From positions 1 to 64,000 of the forward strand of contig JBDREC010000049.1 of assembly GCA_043820105.1 (NCBI GenBank): DNA of 64,000 bases, read 5' to 3'. The stretch comes from Pseudomonadota bacterium. Its GTDB lineage: Bacteria > Bdellovibrionota_F > JAHFAK01 > JBDREC01. Each line of letters starts with the position of its first letter. Within the stretch, counting starts at the first letter, position 1. The notes beneath the pieces were generated by a model. The model was given only the letters and a program-made list of their open reading frames with translations, was not told where the DNA came from and did no database searches. Shown one piece after another: positions 9,046 through 18,937 of this stretch. The translations under genes were made by a program, and so were the position numbers.

Positions 9046-10470
9046 ATGAGTGCAGAAGTAAGTTCCATAGAAAAGCTAAGAGAAAAGGATCGTTTTGAAG
9101 AAATATTACGATTCATAAAGCTAAGTGTTTTTAAAATTGCACCTGCAATATTTTTAGCCTTTTGGTTTATTGATTGGCTTTTTGTTCCTCAAAAAAAGTG
9201 GGAATTGCTGGTTCTTAGATTTATGCTTATTCCATATTCTTTAATCTTTTCAGTTTTTTTAAATAAAGTTAAAACTATAGTAGAGGCTCAGATTCTTGGA
9301 ACTGCCTTGGTTTTATTCTATTCAATTAATTTAACACTGTGTATTTTTGTGTCTGGGGATGTTAGTTCCCCTTATTACGCCAGTCTTAATTTTATTACCA
9401 TAATTGCAATTGCCTTTGTTCCGTGGAGTAAAAAATTTCTAGTCTTTAATATTCTAATAATTTATGGTCCCTTTTATTTTGTTGCATTGGTTTTTTATAA
9501 TTATTTCTTTGGATACGTTCCCTTAATAATTAATTCATTTTTTATTGTTGGGACTGTTGTTATAAGCACCTTGATTCGATATTTTACTGAGAAGCTCAGG
9601 AAAAGTGAGGTTGTGGCCAAATATGTTTTAGAAAAAGAACTTAAATATAGAGAAAAAATAATTCAGCAAAAAACACAGGAAGCTTTAAAACTTGAAAATT
9701 TGACAAAACAATTTAGTCCACAAGTTGCTCATTACATTCTTAAGGAAGATAAACTTAAAATTGTTAACCAAGTTCACAGAGCCCAAATTTGTGCTATTTT
9801 TATAGACATTGTAGATTTCGCTGAAAGAATAGTTAGAGTTGATAAGGACGATGCAAATAAAGTTATTACAATGTTTTTAGATGAATCAATGGAAATTCTT
9901 TTAAAATATGATATTACTTTAGATAAATTTTTAGGCAGTGGAATTTTAGCATTTTCAAATGATCCCGTTGCTCATGATGATTATGTAGAAAGAGTTTTGC
10001 AGGCAGCAATTGAAATTAAAGAAAAAATAAGGCAAAATGAAGAAACTTATATTGAAAATTGGCTAAATGTTTTGCAGATACGAATTGGTATTTCTAGTGG
10101 CATTGCAGATGTTGGTTTCTATGGAACTGATGAAACATTCCAATCATACACTGCAATTGGTCAGGTTGTAAATTTAGCAGCAAGACTTTGCTATGCAGCA
10201 GAACCCGATCAAATTGTTATAAGTGAAGATATTAAAGAAAACTTACCTGTTAACAAATACGAATTTGAAAGAATTGGAGAAAAACCTCTAAAAGGTTTTG
10301 AAGGAAAATCCATATCCATCTATGGTCTTATTGGATACAAAGAAGAAACTTTTATTGATACTAATGTTAGAGAATGCCCAAATGGACATGGAATTTTACA
10401 TCTTGATTCAAATGAAAAGGGCATCTATGTTTTTAAGTGTCGAACCTGCAACTATCAGCAATCTCTTTGA
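9046..10470 (+). CDS. membrane-bound class III nucleotidyl cyclase, copy 2, with C-terminal Zn-ribbon
   Basis: Paralog of 6099-7520; FIDIVDF, DKFLGSG, YTAIGQVVNLAARL; CPNGHG...CRTC. Confidence 0.88.
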   Translation: MSAEVSSIEKLREKDRFEEILRFIKLSVFKIAPAIFLAFWFIDWLFVPQKKWELLVLRFMLIPYSLIFSVFLNKVKTIVEAQILGTALVLFYSINLTLCIFVSGDVSSPYYASLNFITIIAIAFVPWSKKFLVFNILIIYGPFYFVALVFYNYFFGYVPLIINSFFIVGTVVISTLIRYFTEKLRKSEVVAKYVLEKELKYREKIIQQKTQEALKLENLTKQFSPQVAHYILKEDKLKIVNQVHRAQICAIFIDIVDFAERIVRVDKDDANKVITMFLDESMEILLKYDITLDKFLGSGILAFSNDPVAHDDYVERVLQAAIEIKEKIRQNEETYIENWLNVLQIRIGISSGIADVGFYGTDETFQSYTAIGQVVNLAARLCYAAEPDQIVISEDIKENLPVNKYEFERIGEKPLKGFEGKSISIYGLIGYKEETFIDTNVRECPNGHGILHLDSNEKGIYVFKCRTCNYQQSL

Positions 10471-10589
10471 AAATTTAAATTGTTTCCTTTTAATACTTTT
10501 TGAATAATTAAGTGTCATATTGTCACCAACTAAATTAGAAGTCTAAGAGAATATTCTTATAAATACATTGGCTTATCTTTGAAGGTTTT

Positions 10590-10605
10590 TGGCCTGCCTT
10601 TTGCT
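10590..10605 (+). promoter_or_regulatory. putative sigma-54 promoter
   Basis: TGGCCTGCCTTTTGCT, GG-N10-GC, intergenic and about 60 nt upstream of the next gene. Confidence 0.6.
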
Positions 10606-10667
10606 TATAGAATAATTAATAATTAATAATAAATAATTAATAATTAATTGAAAGATTGGAGGGACGT

Positions 10668-11225
10668 ATGTCTAGAAAAGTATTAATGGTACTATTTGTA
10701 GTAGGTGCACTCATGCTTATCAGCTCAATGTCTTATGCTAGAAACTGCAGGACACTAAAATGTGGACCTAATGCCCATAAGGTTCATTCAAGACCTGGAC
10801 CAAATGGTTGTGAATGTAGAGCTAATAATCCTCTTCCTCCACATCCTCCAGTGCCTGGGCCAGGACCATCACACCCTAGAGACGGCAGACTTGTTTGGTT
10901 GGATTCTGAAATAGTTAGCTATCAGGGGGATTGGGATTCATTTATGGAAGGCTTTAAAAGAGGCTACTTTGAACAAATTCAGGTCTCTGTGTCAAGGTAT
11001 CCGGTTGATATTGATATTATAGAGATATATTTTTGTGCAGACCCCAGGCCACAATTAATTTATCCAAATGGAATTTTTAGGGCTGGTGATGATAGAAGGT
11101 ATGACCTTGAAGGAAGAGGCTTAAATGAAAGATGTATTGAAAAAGTTGATATGAAATATAGAAATGTTAGTGCAAGAAAAGGCGAAGTAACATTATGGGG
11201 TGTTGAATTCAATGATCGTTGGTAA
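10668..11225 (+). CDS. secreted protein: Cys-rich module, Pro-rich linker, beta-sandwich (DUF2541-like)
   Basis: GGAGG RBS before ATG 10668, signal peptide ending SYA, four Cys, PLPPHPPVPGPGP linker. Confidence 0.7.
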   Translation: MSRKVLMVLFVVGALMLISSMSYARNCRTLKCGPNAHKVHSRPGPNGCECRANNPLPPHPPVPGPGPSHPRDGRLVWLDSEIVSYQGDWDSFMEGFKRGYFEQIQVSVSRYPVDIDIIEIYFCADPRPQLIYPNGIFRAGDDRRYDLEGRGLNERCIEKVDMKYRNVSARKGEVTLWGVEFNDRW

Positions 11226-11270
11226 ACAAGGGAACAAGGGGACAAGGGAACAAGGGAACAGGGGAACAAG
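11225..11270. repeat. octamer tandem repeat (ACAAGGGA)n
   Basis: About 5.5 near-identical units; the same unit occurs at 47178-47200. Confidence 0.85.
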
Positions 11271-11356
11271 AATTTGAATAGACACTAGAATTTGATTTGC
11301 ATTTTTCTTCTAATAATATAAAATTCTATTAATTTTAATAATTATTTGGATATTTT

Positions 11357-12253
11357 TTGAAACCTAAGCTTTATTTCTTTTTATTAATTTCATTATTTAT
11401 ATTTATTTCATCAAATGTTTTTGCTGATTCAAAAAAAGTTGTTAAGCAATCAGCAAGGTCAGATGATGGGACACTTGTGGTTGATCCTGATTTCCCGAAT
11501 TGTCCAACAGGTGAGGATCCATTACCCTTTCCAGAAAAATTAGATTATAATATAATTGTTGACTTAATTAATAGTATTGAATCAGTGCAGGGACAGAAGT
11601 TATATGATCTTAATAAGGACCAGAAAGATGAGCTTGAAAAGATTTTTGATCAAAAATTTACTCAAACTCGCTTAGCTCAGTTTTTTTCTTTATTATATTT
11701 CCTGGTAGCTGTTTATAAATTTGAAAACGAAAACCAGTTTATATCTGTTAAGCTTGAGGAGGTTAGAGATATTTTATCTAAATCAGGTATTGTTGATGAT
11801 GAAATGTTTCTAAATGCAATTTCTTCAGTTAAAGCAAAAAAAGAAAACTCTGGATATTATTATAGGGTTAATTTTAATCAACCTCTTGTTAAGCTTCATG
11901 TCAACAGGGGGCTTGGACATTATATGTTACGTGATGGCAAATGTCAGTATATGAAGCGAATTGAATTTTTAGGTAGCTTTATATTTAAAATTAAAAAAGA
12001 AAGCACTGGTAATATTGTTGTTTATAATATGAAGAATATAGATATTGTTGGGGATTTTGGGCAACGTGGATGGATTGATGTTGATTTAAATTATGTAACT
12101 GTAGAGAAAATTGAGTTTTTTTCAAAATCACAACTTGGAGATGTAACAGGTAGAGTATCAAAAAGAGAATTAAAGTATAATGAACACAATATACTTTTTA
12201 GAACATTTTCAAGAATGGTTTCTGCAACTTCAGAGCAACCAATAGCCTGGTAG
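11357..12253 (+). CDS. secreted hypothetical protein
   Basis: 298-aa ORF with signal peptide ending VFA. Confidence 0.75.
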   Translation: MKPKLYFFLLISLFIFISSNVFADSKKVVKQSARSDDGTLVVDPDFPNCPTGEDPLPFPEKLDYNIIVDLINSIESVQGQKLYDLNKDQKDELEKIFDQKFTQTRLAQFFSLLYFLVAVYKFENENQFISVKLEEVRDILSKSGIVDDEMFLNAISSVKAKKENSGYYYRVNFNQPLVKLHVNRGLGHYMLRDGKCQYMKRIEFLGSFIFKIKKESTGNIVVYNMKNIDIVGDFGQRGWIDVDLNYVTVEKIEFFSKSQLGDVTGRVSKRELKYNEHNILFRTFSRMVSATSEQPIAW

Positions 12254-12322
12254 AAGACTATCATAAAATAATAGTTCTTTGTAATGGTAGAAATGAGATT
12301 ATTGTTAAAAGAATATTTTATA

Positions 12323-14938
12323 TTAAAAACTTATTAGATAGGAAACTGTTTCAGCATCAAATACTTTGCAAATATTTTCTTCCATTGGGTTAAATATTTT
12401 ATCGTAAGTTTCGATTGTGCCATCAAATCTAATATCAGTAGCAACTTCATATCTTGCTTGAAATAGATCTTCATTGTTGCAAAGGGTATTGTATATATCT
12501 GTGCCTGAAGCATATACAAATTGATTTAGTTCAGGCATCCAGAGACGTGGCCTATCATTTGCTATAAGGTTTCCAAAGAGAATACATTCTATCCTCAATT
12601 CTTCTCTTAATTTATTCTTTTCATCTTCATCGTAATAACCATGCTGGGTGCTGGGTACTACAAATACAGCAGATAAGATTTCTGCCCATGCACTAGCATA
12701 ATTGGCGGGTGAAATTAGTAAGTTTGTTTTCCAACTAACCAATTCAATATAGTTTTCAAACAAAGATTTATCTAGTGAAAGATCTGGAAAAATGTGTCCC
12801 CAGTAACGGCTTATGGATTTCCAATAATCAACTTTTCCATAAATGTTCACAAGTGTTTGTACCATAGAAGAAACAAGGGGTTTTAGGATTAGGTTTTGAA
12901 GAGGAGCTTGCAATTTGCCAAGAATATCAAGAGTTGCAGCTGGACTGTAGTTAAGTTCTCTTATTTCAGAATAATAATCATGTTTAATTAAATAGGTTAA
13001 AATTGCTATCTTCTGATCTTTAAACACAGTATCAATATCTTCAATTGAAAGTGAATGTTTGTTTTCAAGGAAATCAAGAGTGGATAGGAAGGTTATTAAA
13101 CCTATATGGATTACAGAGAATTCCTTGTCTTTAAAAAGTTCTAAAAAGTTTAATAATAATGGTTCTATTGTAACATTAAAATAATCTTGTATTATTTGAG
13201 AACTTTCTTGAACAGGTTCATAAAAAACATCATTTATATCTTCCCATGTAATTTCTACTGGCATATGAACATATAATCTTTCTGTTTGAGAAATAAAGTC
13301 ATCTTTATTAGAGCTATCCATATATATTTCAAAAAGAAGGTCAAAAAAGTTTCTTGCATTAAGTTCTGTTTGAATTGAGTTTGGAACCTCTATTGTTTGG
13401 CTACAATCTTCCTGGCCTGTATCTTTATCTTCAACACACCGCATTTCCATATCAGCTGGGTTGGAAACCATTGGATTAGATTCATATTCAATTAAGAGAA
13501 AAATTGCATCATTATCAATTTTAGCTGTGATTTTATCACTAAACTTTTGAGTTCTAATTTGTCGTTCAAAGTTCGCTACCTTATTTTCATTAAAGCTTAG
13601 AATTGTATTAACAAGGTTTAATGCATGCTGAATTAATGAATATTCATAACTATAATTTTCCAGAGCAGGAAATTTGAAGTTTTTTAAATTTTCGTATAAT
13701 TCATTGTAATTTTCAAAATAACTCTTAGCTTCAATAAAGTCTAGTTCTTCTTCTCTTAATAAAAATCCGTTTAAGCTGTTTTGTGATTGGGTTTCAATTC
13801 TTTGAGAAATAAGAGCAACATTTTGCAAAGTTTTTTCCATTAAAGTCCAATATTCAGTCATGTGCTCTTTTATTTCATTCTTGTCATAAATATAATCTGC
13901 CATTCTATAAATAGCGTTATCTTTTAAAAGCTGTTCCTCTTTTCGTAAAGAGCAGTGAATTTGTTCAAAATTCCAGTAAATACATTCAAATGATTTGAAG
14001 GCTATGATTTCCTCTATTTCAGAAATCGCATTATTAGTTATTAAAAAATCTATATTACTAATTAAGTTTGTTACAGCCGTTGAAATTACTTGGGCTATAC
14101 TTGCTACTGCACCAACCTTTCCTGGGATTGTTGACAGAAGCATGGAAGATTGAGAGACAAGATTTCCTATAGATTTTGCTATTGATGTTTGTTTTAAACA
14201 GACTTTAGGTGTTGAATTTACTTTTGTTGATACTACAGATAAATATAGAATGAGTTGAGATAATAGATGGCTTTTTGATTTTCTGGAGTTTTGCGCTTCT
14301 TCTATATCTAAAATTTTGCTAAAATATTCATCTTCAGTGGTTTTTGATAGACTTAATCTTTCGATATCGGAAAAATTTTTATCAACGTAAGTTATGATTG
14401 AACTATTAAAGAAATCAACTAAGTTAGCTATTTCAGATAAATTAGTTCCCTCAGTTTTTAGTTGGGCTATCATTTTCAAAAATTCTGTTTCATAAGTGTT
14501 AATTTCTGATAAACGACTTTCGAAATAAGGGTTACCTCTGCTGACCTCTTCATGTATATTGTTTCCCGGGCTTTCCATTTCAATGATACTATCAATAGTA
14601 GTAATGATCTTATTTTCTTCTTCTGTATTAAAGTTTTTATCAACTTTTTGCCCACAGTTTTCATAATCATTAACTAAGCTTTCTACTGATGCCTTTAGCT
14701 GTTCAGCTAGCTTTACGAAATTTTTCTCAAGTGCAAAAGGACAGACTTCTTTGGATGACATTGTAAAATTTTGATGATTAAGTTCACTAAAGGCCGAATC
14801 TTTGGCTGCAGCTAAAACTGTTCTCTTTGTGTGAATAAGATGTGTAAATGAAGGAATCTCGATAGCTTCTTCAGTTAATGCAAAGCTTGTGGTGAAAAAG
14901 AAGCTTACAAGTAAAAAAATAAATTTAAATTTAGTCAT
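12323..14938 (-). CDS. large secreted helical hypothetical protein
   Basis: Long ORF; GGAGG RBS before ATG 14938; signal peptide ending SFA. Confidence 0.75.
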   Translation of the reverse strand: MTKFKFIFLLVSFFFTTSFALTEEAIEIPSFTHLIHTKRTVLAAAKDSAFSELNHQNFTMSSKEVCPFALEKNFVKLAEQLKASVESLVNDYENCGQKVDKNFNTEEENKIITTIDSIIEMESPGNNIHEEVSRGNPYFESRLSEINTYETEFLKMIAQLKTEGTNLSEIANLVDFFNSSIITYVDKNFSDIERLSLSKTTEDEYFSKILDIEEAQNSRKSKSHLLSQLILYLSVVSTKVNSTPKVCLKQTSIAKSIGNLVSQSSMLLSTIPGKVGAVASIAQVISTAVTNLISNIDFLITNNAISEIEEIIAFKSFECIYWNFEQIHCSLRKEEQLLKDNAIYRMADYIYDKNEIKEHMTEYWTLMEKTLQNVALISQRIETQSQNSLNGFLLREEELDFIEAKSYFENYNELYENLKNFKFPALENYSYEYSLIQHALNLVNTILSFNENKVANFERQIRTQKFSDKITAKIDNDAIFLLIEYESNPMVSNPADMEMRCVEDKDTGQEDCSQTIEVPNSIQTELNARNFFDLLFEIYMDSSNKDDFISQTERLYVHMPVEITWEDINDVFYEPVQESSQIIQDYFNVTIEPLLLNFLELFKDKEFSVIHIGLITFLSTLDFLENKHSLSIEDIDTVFKDQKIAILTYLIKHDYYSEIRELNYSPAATLDILGKLQAPLQNLILKPLVSSMVQTLVNIYGKVDYWKSISRYWGHIFPDLSLDKSLFENYIELVSWKTNLLISPANYASAWAEILSAVFVVPSTQHGYYDEDEKNKLREELRIECILFGNLIANDRPRLWMPELNQFVYASGTDIYNTLCNNEDLFQARYEVATDIRFDGTIETYDKIFNPMEENICKVFDAETVSYLISF

Positions 14939-15189
14939 AAATCCTCCCAAAAGTTAAATTCCCCAAACTAACTCTAAAAACACAAATGTATACAAATGTG
15001 TTAAACCAATAACGAAATTAGTATGTCTCACTTTTTTAAAATCCGTAAGAATTAATGACATTCAAAACTGCGCTAAAATCCTATTTAAGCATGTGCTTGC
15101 TGTTTAGTATCTCCCTAAATTTGGACTTAACCGGCAGCTTAGAAAATATTGACGTGTGTATAAGATTAAGAAAATCTACCATTCTCCCC

Positions 15190-15226
15190 AAAAAAAAAGC
15201 CCTGTATTGCTTATACAAAACCGGGC
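15190..15226 (-). terminator. intrinsic terminator closing the rSAM-peptidase-MFS operon
   Basis: Minus strand GCCC-GGTTT-TGTAT-AAGCA-ATACA-GGGC followed by a T9 tract, about 80 nt after the MFS stop. Confidence 0.6.
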
Positions 15227-15306
15227 AACACTCATATAACACAGATCTTTTGCTATTGCAAGTAAAAAATCATAAGATCATGTAATGAAAACGCAAATAA
15301 GAATGG

Positions 15307-16587
15307 CTATAGCTCAAGAGCTATGTTTAAGGAGCTTTGCGCTAGTGTTGCTGTTTTATGCTTTGTGTGGAAGTAGGTAATAAAGAGCAATGATATAAGA
15401 ACAATTGGATAGTGACATAAAAAGACTGTTGTTGAAATAGGAAGAGCTTTCATGATTATTGGAACAATAATAAAACCAATTCCAAATCCTGTTCTTAATA
15501 CAAGGCTTGTTAAAGCAAACAGCTTGCCTCTAACTGCATCTTCGGATTTTTGAATATAACTGGTATAAAAGGTTTGGTATATACCATCTCCAAAACCTGC
15601 AATTAAAGCGGCTATAATAATTATTGGAATAAAGTTTGTTTGAAAAATTAATATCATGCCTGCTGACATAATTGCAGTAAAGCATAGATATAGGTTTTCT
15701 GCTTTTAGGCTTTTTAAGAATTTAGCCTTATTTAAAAACATAATACCTATAATATTACCTAGTCCCCAAAACATTAAAATTAAGCCATAAAAAAACATAG
15801 GTTTTTGAGGATCAAGATCTTTTGAAAATACTGGGAAACCAATGTTGTGCGATGCAGATGCAATGGCATCAAGAAATAGTATTGAAAGACAAATTATAAT
15901 TATATTAAAATTGTTTAAATTCGGAAGTTTTGAATAGTCATTTTTTAATTTATTAAATAGTGAGCAAGTCTTCTGGTTTTCCAGGACTTGACTACTTTTG
16001 ATTTGTGGTCTGGTGCTGAGTTTAATAAAAAAAAGTATAATTCCACTTATAAAATATGTAATTGAATCAAGAAAGAATATTGGATAATAATTCTTAAATA
16101 AATAATAAGCAAATACAGCTGCTAAGCCACTAAGGGCAAATGTTAAGTTCATGCCTCCCATTAATAAAGAGTTAGCCTTCATAGTATCTTTTTGATTTAA
16201 TATTGATGGAATGGATGCTCTCAAATTAATCTCAAATAAATTTGAAAAAACACCTATAAAAATCATCAAAAATAAAACATAGTATTTTATAACACTCTCA
16301 GGTACTATAAGTAAAAATGCTACTGCTACAGCCAAAACAAGATCTGAAGTTATCATTAGTTTTTTTCTATCAACTTTGTCTGATATATATCCTGAATAGG
16401 GCGCAGCTATAATTCCTGAAATTACTCTTGTTCCCATGGCGTATGCGATCCATAAGGGATCTTTTGTAAGTTCCAAAAGGAAAATATTAATCGCCATCAT
16501 ATTGAGAAATGAACCAAAGGTAGATCCAAGTCTAGAAATTAGTAGGATATAAAAATTTAGTGGCAGTTTATTATCTTTAGCTGTCAT
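15307..16587 (-). CDS. MFS transporter (efflux-type)
   Basis: About 12 TM helices, motif A GYISDKVDRKKLM. Confidence 0.9.
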   Translation of the reverse strand: MTAKDNKLPLNFYILLISRLGSTFGSFLNMMAINIFLLELTKDPLWIAYAMGTRVISGIIAAPYSGYISDKVDRKKLMITSDLVLAVAVAFLLIVPESVIKYYVLFLMIFIGVFSNLFEINLRASIPSILNQKDTMKANSLLMGGMNLTFALSGLAAVFAYYLFKNYYPIFFLDSITYFISGIILFFIKLSTRPQIKSSQVLENQKTCSLFNKLKNDYSKLPNLNNFNIIIICLSILFLDAIASASHNIGFPVFSKDLDPQKPMFFYGLILMFWGLGNIIGIMFLNKAKFLKSLKAENLYLCFTAIMSAGMILIFQTNFIPIIIIAALIAGFGDGIYQTFYTSYIQKSEDAVRGKLFALTSLVLRTGFGIGFIIVPIIMKALPISTTVFLCHYPIVLISLLFITYFHTKHKTATLAQSSLNIALEL

Positions 16588-16608
16588 AGATTCTCCATAA
16601 AAAAATAT

Positions 16609-17775
16609 TCAGTTCGTCAAATGCAATATACTGTCTAATGAATGTTGATAATAAAGATATGGTAAGATATTTAAACCATGTTTTTTAATTAAATTTTCAA
16701 CGTAATAGCTGCCAATAGGATAACTTGGTGTATAAAATTTATCATCTTCTGTAAAGTAGTCAGTTCTTTGCTTTATCAAAGCATCAGAAAATAACATATC
16801 GTTTTTTAATATGTCAAAATATTTTCTGGAAATTTCTTTTTCTTCAATGTTTTTACTGTACCACATATTATAAAATAATTTATGTAAGAATTTTTCAATT
16901 TTTTGTGTTATTAAAACTCTTGATCCAAGCAGGTCTCCAAATATTAAATCTGAATTGACAGCTAAGCCTTCATTAATCATATTTTCTGGAGAATAAAAGG
17001 TATCTATAGAGCCTACTAAATCAATTTGGCTATTATCAATTTGATATTGTTTTATTAAATAGTATAAATGGTGTCCAGGGATAACCTCATGACAAATAAA
17101 AGCCTTAATAAATTCATCTGATAGATTGGACTTTATACAAATGCCAAGTGTTCCCTGATAGTTTCCGTCATAGTGGTAATAACAAGTTGGATCTTCTGGC
17201 CCACTTTCTATGATTTTAATTTTTGAATTAGATAAAATCTTTTCAAGGTCTAATTTGAAAAGAGCTGAATATTTCTGACTTGTTATTTCATAATATTTAC
17301 TTATTACTTTAGAAACATAGTTGCCTAAGTCATTTTTGTTTTTGAATAAAACTATTCGGTTTTCATTTTTAAATTCTTCTAAATTTTTATACCCTAAGTT
17401 ATATAGGTGAGAATTTAATTTATTTAATTCTTGTTCAATATTAAATTTAGGAATTAATTTAATTCCATGTAATTTTTCGACCGTGTCTTTAAAACTCGTG
17501 TTTTTGTAGTCATTAACAAAATAATCCGCTTGAGTTAGAATAGAGGTTAGGAGATCTTTAAAGTATGTTTCTCGGTGCTTTAAGTTAACAACAGTTGTTG
17601 ATTGATTGATTTCATATAGAATAGAGGATAGATTCCTGTAAGCATTTTTAAATGATATTTTGCTGGCATTATGTTCGATGTTTTTTGGGCCTATGTAGCT
17701 ATGAATAAATTCATAGTCTTCAAAAGAGCTTGAAAGTGCCAGAATGTTTTTAGTAATATCTTTGTAAATATCCAT
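16609..17775 (-). CDS. DUF885-like putative zinc metallopeptidase
   Basis: CHEVIPGHH motif followed by NEGLA and a C-terminal SYPIG; no signal peptide. Confidence 0.65.
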   Translation of the reverse strand: MDIYKDITKNILALSSSFEDYEFIHSYIGPKNIEHNASKISFKNAYRNLSSILYEINQSTTVVNLKHRETYFKDLLTSILTQADYFVNDYKNTSFKDTVEKLHGIKLIPKFNIEQELNKLNSHLYNLGYKNLEEFKNENRIVLFKNKNDLGNYVSKVISKYYEITSQKYSALFKLDLEKILSNSKIKIIESGPEDPTCYYHYDGNYQGTLGICIKSNLSDEFIKAFICHEVIPGHHLYYLIKQYQIDNSQIDLVGSIDTFYSPENMINEGLAVNSDLIFGDLLGSRVLITQKIEKFLHKLFYNMWYSKNIEEKEISRKYFDILKNDMLFSDALIKQRTDYFTEDDKFYTPSYPIGSYYVENLIKKHGLNILPYLYYQHSLDSILHLTN

Positions 17776-17791
17776 ATGTCTCTTCCTTTGT

Positions 17792-18856
17792 CTAAAGTGT
17801 AGATTCTACAATGTGCTTGTAGCAATATTCATTTTTATATATTGATTTATGCAAAGAATAGGCCATGGATAGGCATCCGGCTTTACATTCTTCGTGTGAG
17901 CTACAGTTTTGACAGTTGCCTTCCATTTGTTTTGGATCATAATTTCTTGTATATGCAAAGCAATTATCATCATACCAAATATCTTTTAATGATCTATTTC
18001 TAACATTTCCAGCAGAGAACTTATCATCTTGCAGTGAAAGACAACCCTTAACATTTCCATTTGACTCAATTCCTAATACATATTTTCCAGCACTACAGCC
18101 ATCCCAGGTAGCGCCATCTAAGAGCTTGTCAATTTTATCATGGCAATAACCCATCGAGTCTGCTATTGTTATCTTAATTTTATCTCCATACTCTTCTTTC
18201 CATTTTAATATATCATTTGTTAATTCTACTAATTGATTTTTTTCAACAATTAGACTCTCAGCGTTTTTGCCCGCTCTACCAAAGGAGTTAACGATTTGTA
18301 CCTGCCAGATATCAACACCTTTATCCATGAGAATCTTTAATATATCCGCTCTTTGTGCAAAGTTTAATTTATTAAAGGAGGTGACGATACCAACTCTGTA
18401 ATTATTTTCTTGGCACATATCTATAACATTCATGACATTATTATACGCACCTTTATACTGTCTAATATAATCATGAGTATTTTCATTTCCATCAAGGCTG
18501 ATTGCAATATGTGTTGATTTTTTGCTTTTTAAGAATCTGATGTCATCTTCAGTGATTTGAGCTCCATTGCTAATTATGCTGATTTCAGAATAATCATCAT
18601 TTTCTGATTTAATATAATTTACTAATTCTCTCCAATGAGGATACATGAAGGGTTCTCCCCCTGAAAGAGTAAAGTATTTGGCTTTAAGGGATTTTAATTC
18701 ATCTATTACTTTTTTCCATTCATTTAAATTTAAGCTATTTGCACGATTTTGTCCATTAGCATAAGATCCACAATGGATACATCTCATATTACAGGCAAGA
18801 GTTACCTCTAGGGCAACAGCATATGGAAAGAATTTATCATCTACATATAGAGGCAT
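17792..18856 (-). CDS. radical SAM/SPASM peptide maturase
   Basis: CNMRCIHC, SGGEP, ISLDG; SPASM domain CSAG...GNVKGC...CQNC.....CKAGC...YC; AAGGAG RBS. Confidence 0.92.
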   Translation of the reverse strand: MPLYVDDKFFPYAVALEVTLACNMRCIHCGSYANGQNRANSLNLNEWKKVIDELKSLKAKYFTLSGGEPFMYPHWRELVNYIKSENDDYSEISIISNGAQITEDDIRFLKSKKSTHIAISLDGNENTHDYIRQYKGAYNNVMNVIDMCQENNYRVGIVTSFNKLNFAQRADILKILMDKGVDIWQVQIVNSFGRAGKNAESLIVEKNQLVELTNDILKWKEEYGDKIKITIADSMGYCHDKIDKLLDGATWDGCSAGKYVLGIESNGNVKGCLSLQDDKFSAGNVRNRSLKDIWYDDNCFAYTRNYDPKQMEGNCQNCSSHEECKAGCLSMAYSLHKSIYKNEYCYKHIVESTL

Positions 18857-18893
18857 GTTAATCTCCTTTGAAGTTTAAATCAAATTTAGCAAG

Positions 18894-18926
18894 AGGCAAA
18901 GCCGCTTTTAAAAAGCAGCTTTGCCT
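18894..18926 (-). promoter_or_regulatory. stem-loop between precursor P1 and the rSAM gene
   Basis: AGGCAAAGCTGCTTTT/AAAAGCGGCTTTGCCT with one G-U on the minus strand; no following U-tract. Confidence 0.65.
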
Positions 18927-18937
18927 TTTGAAAAAAC

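Noticed and set aside
15040-15150. Possible c-di-GMP riboswitch upstream of the 14938 gene
   Set aside because: Only isolated short motifs; the GGCAAA/GAAA/GCAAAG arrangement is absent.
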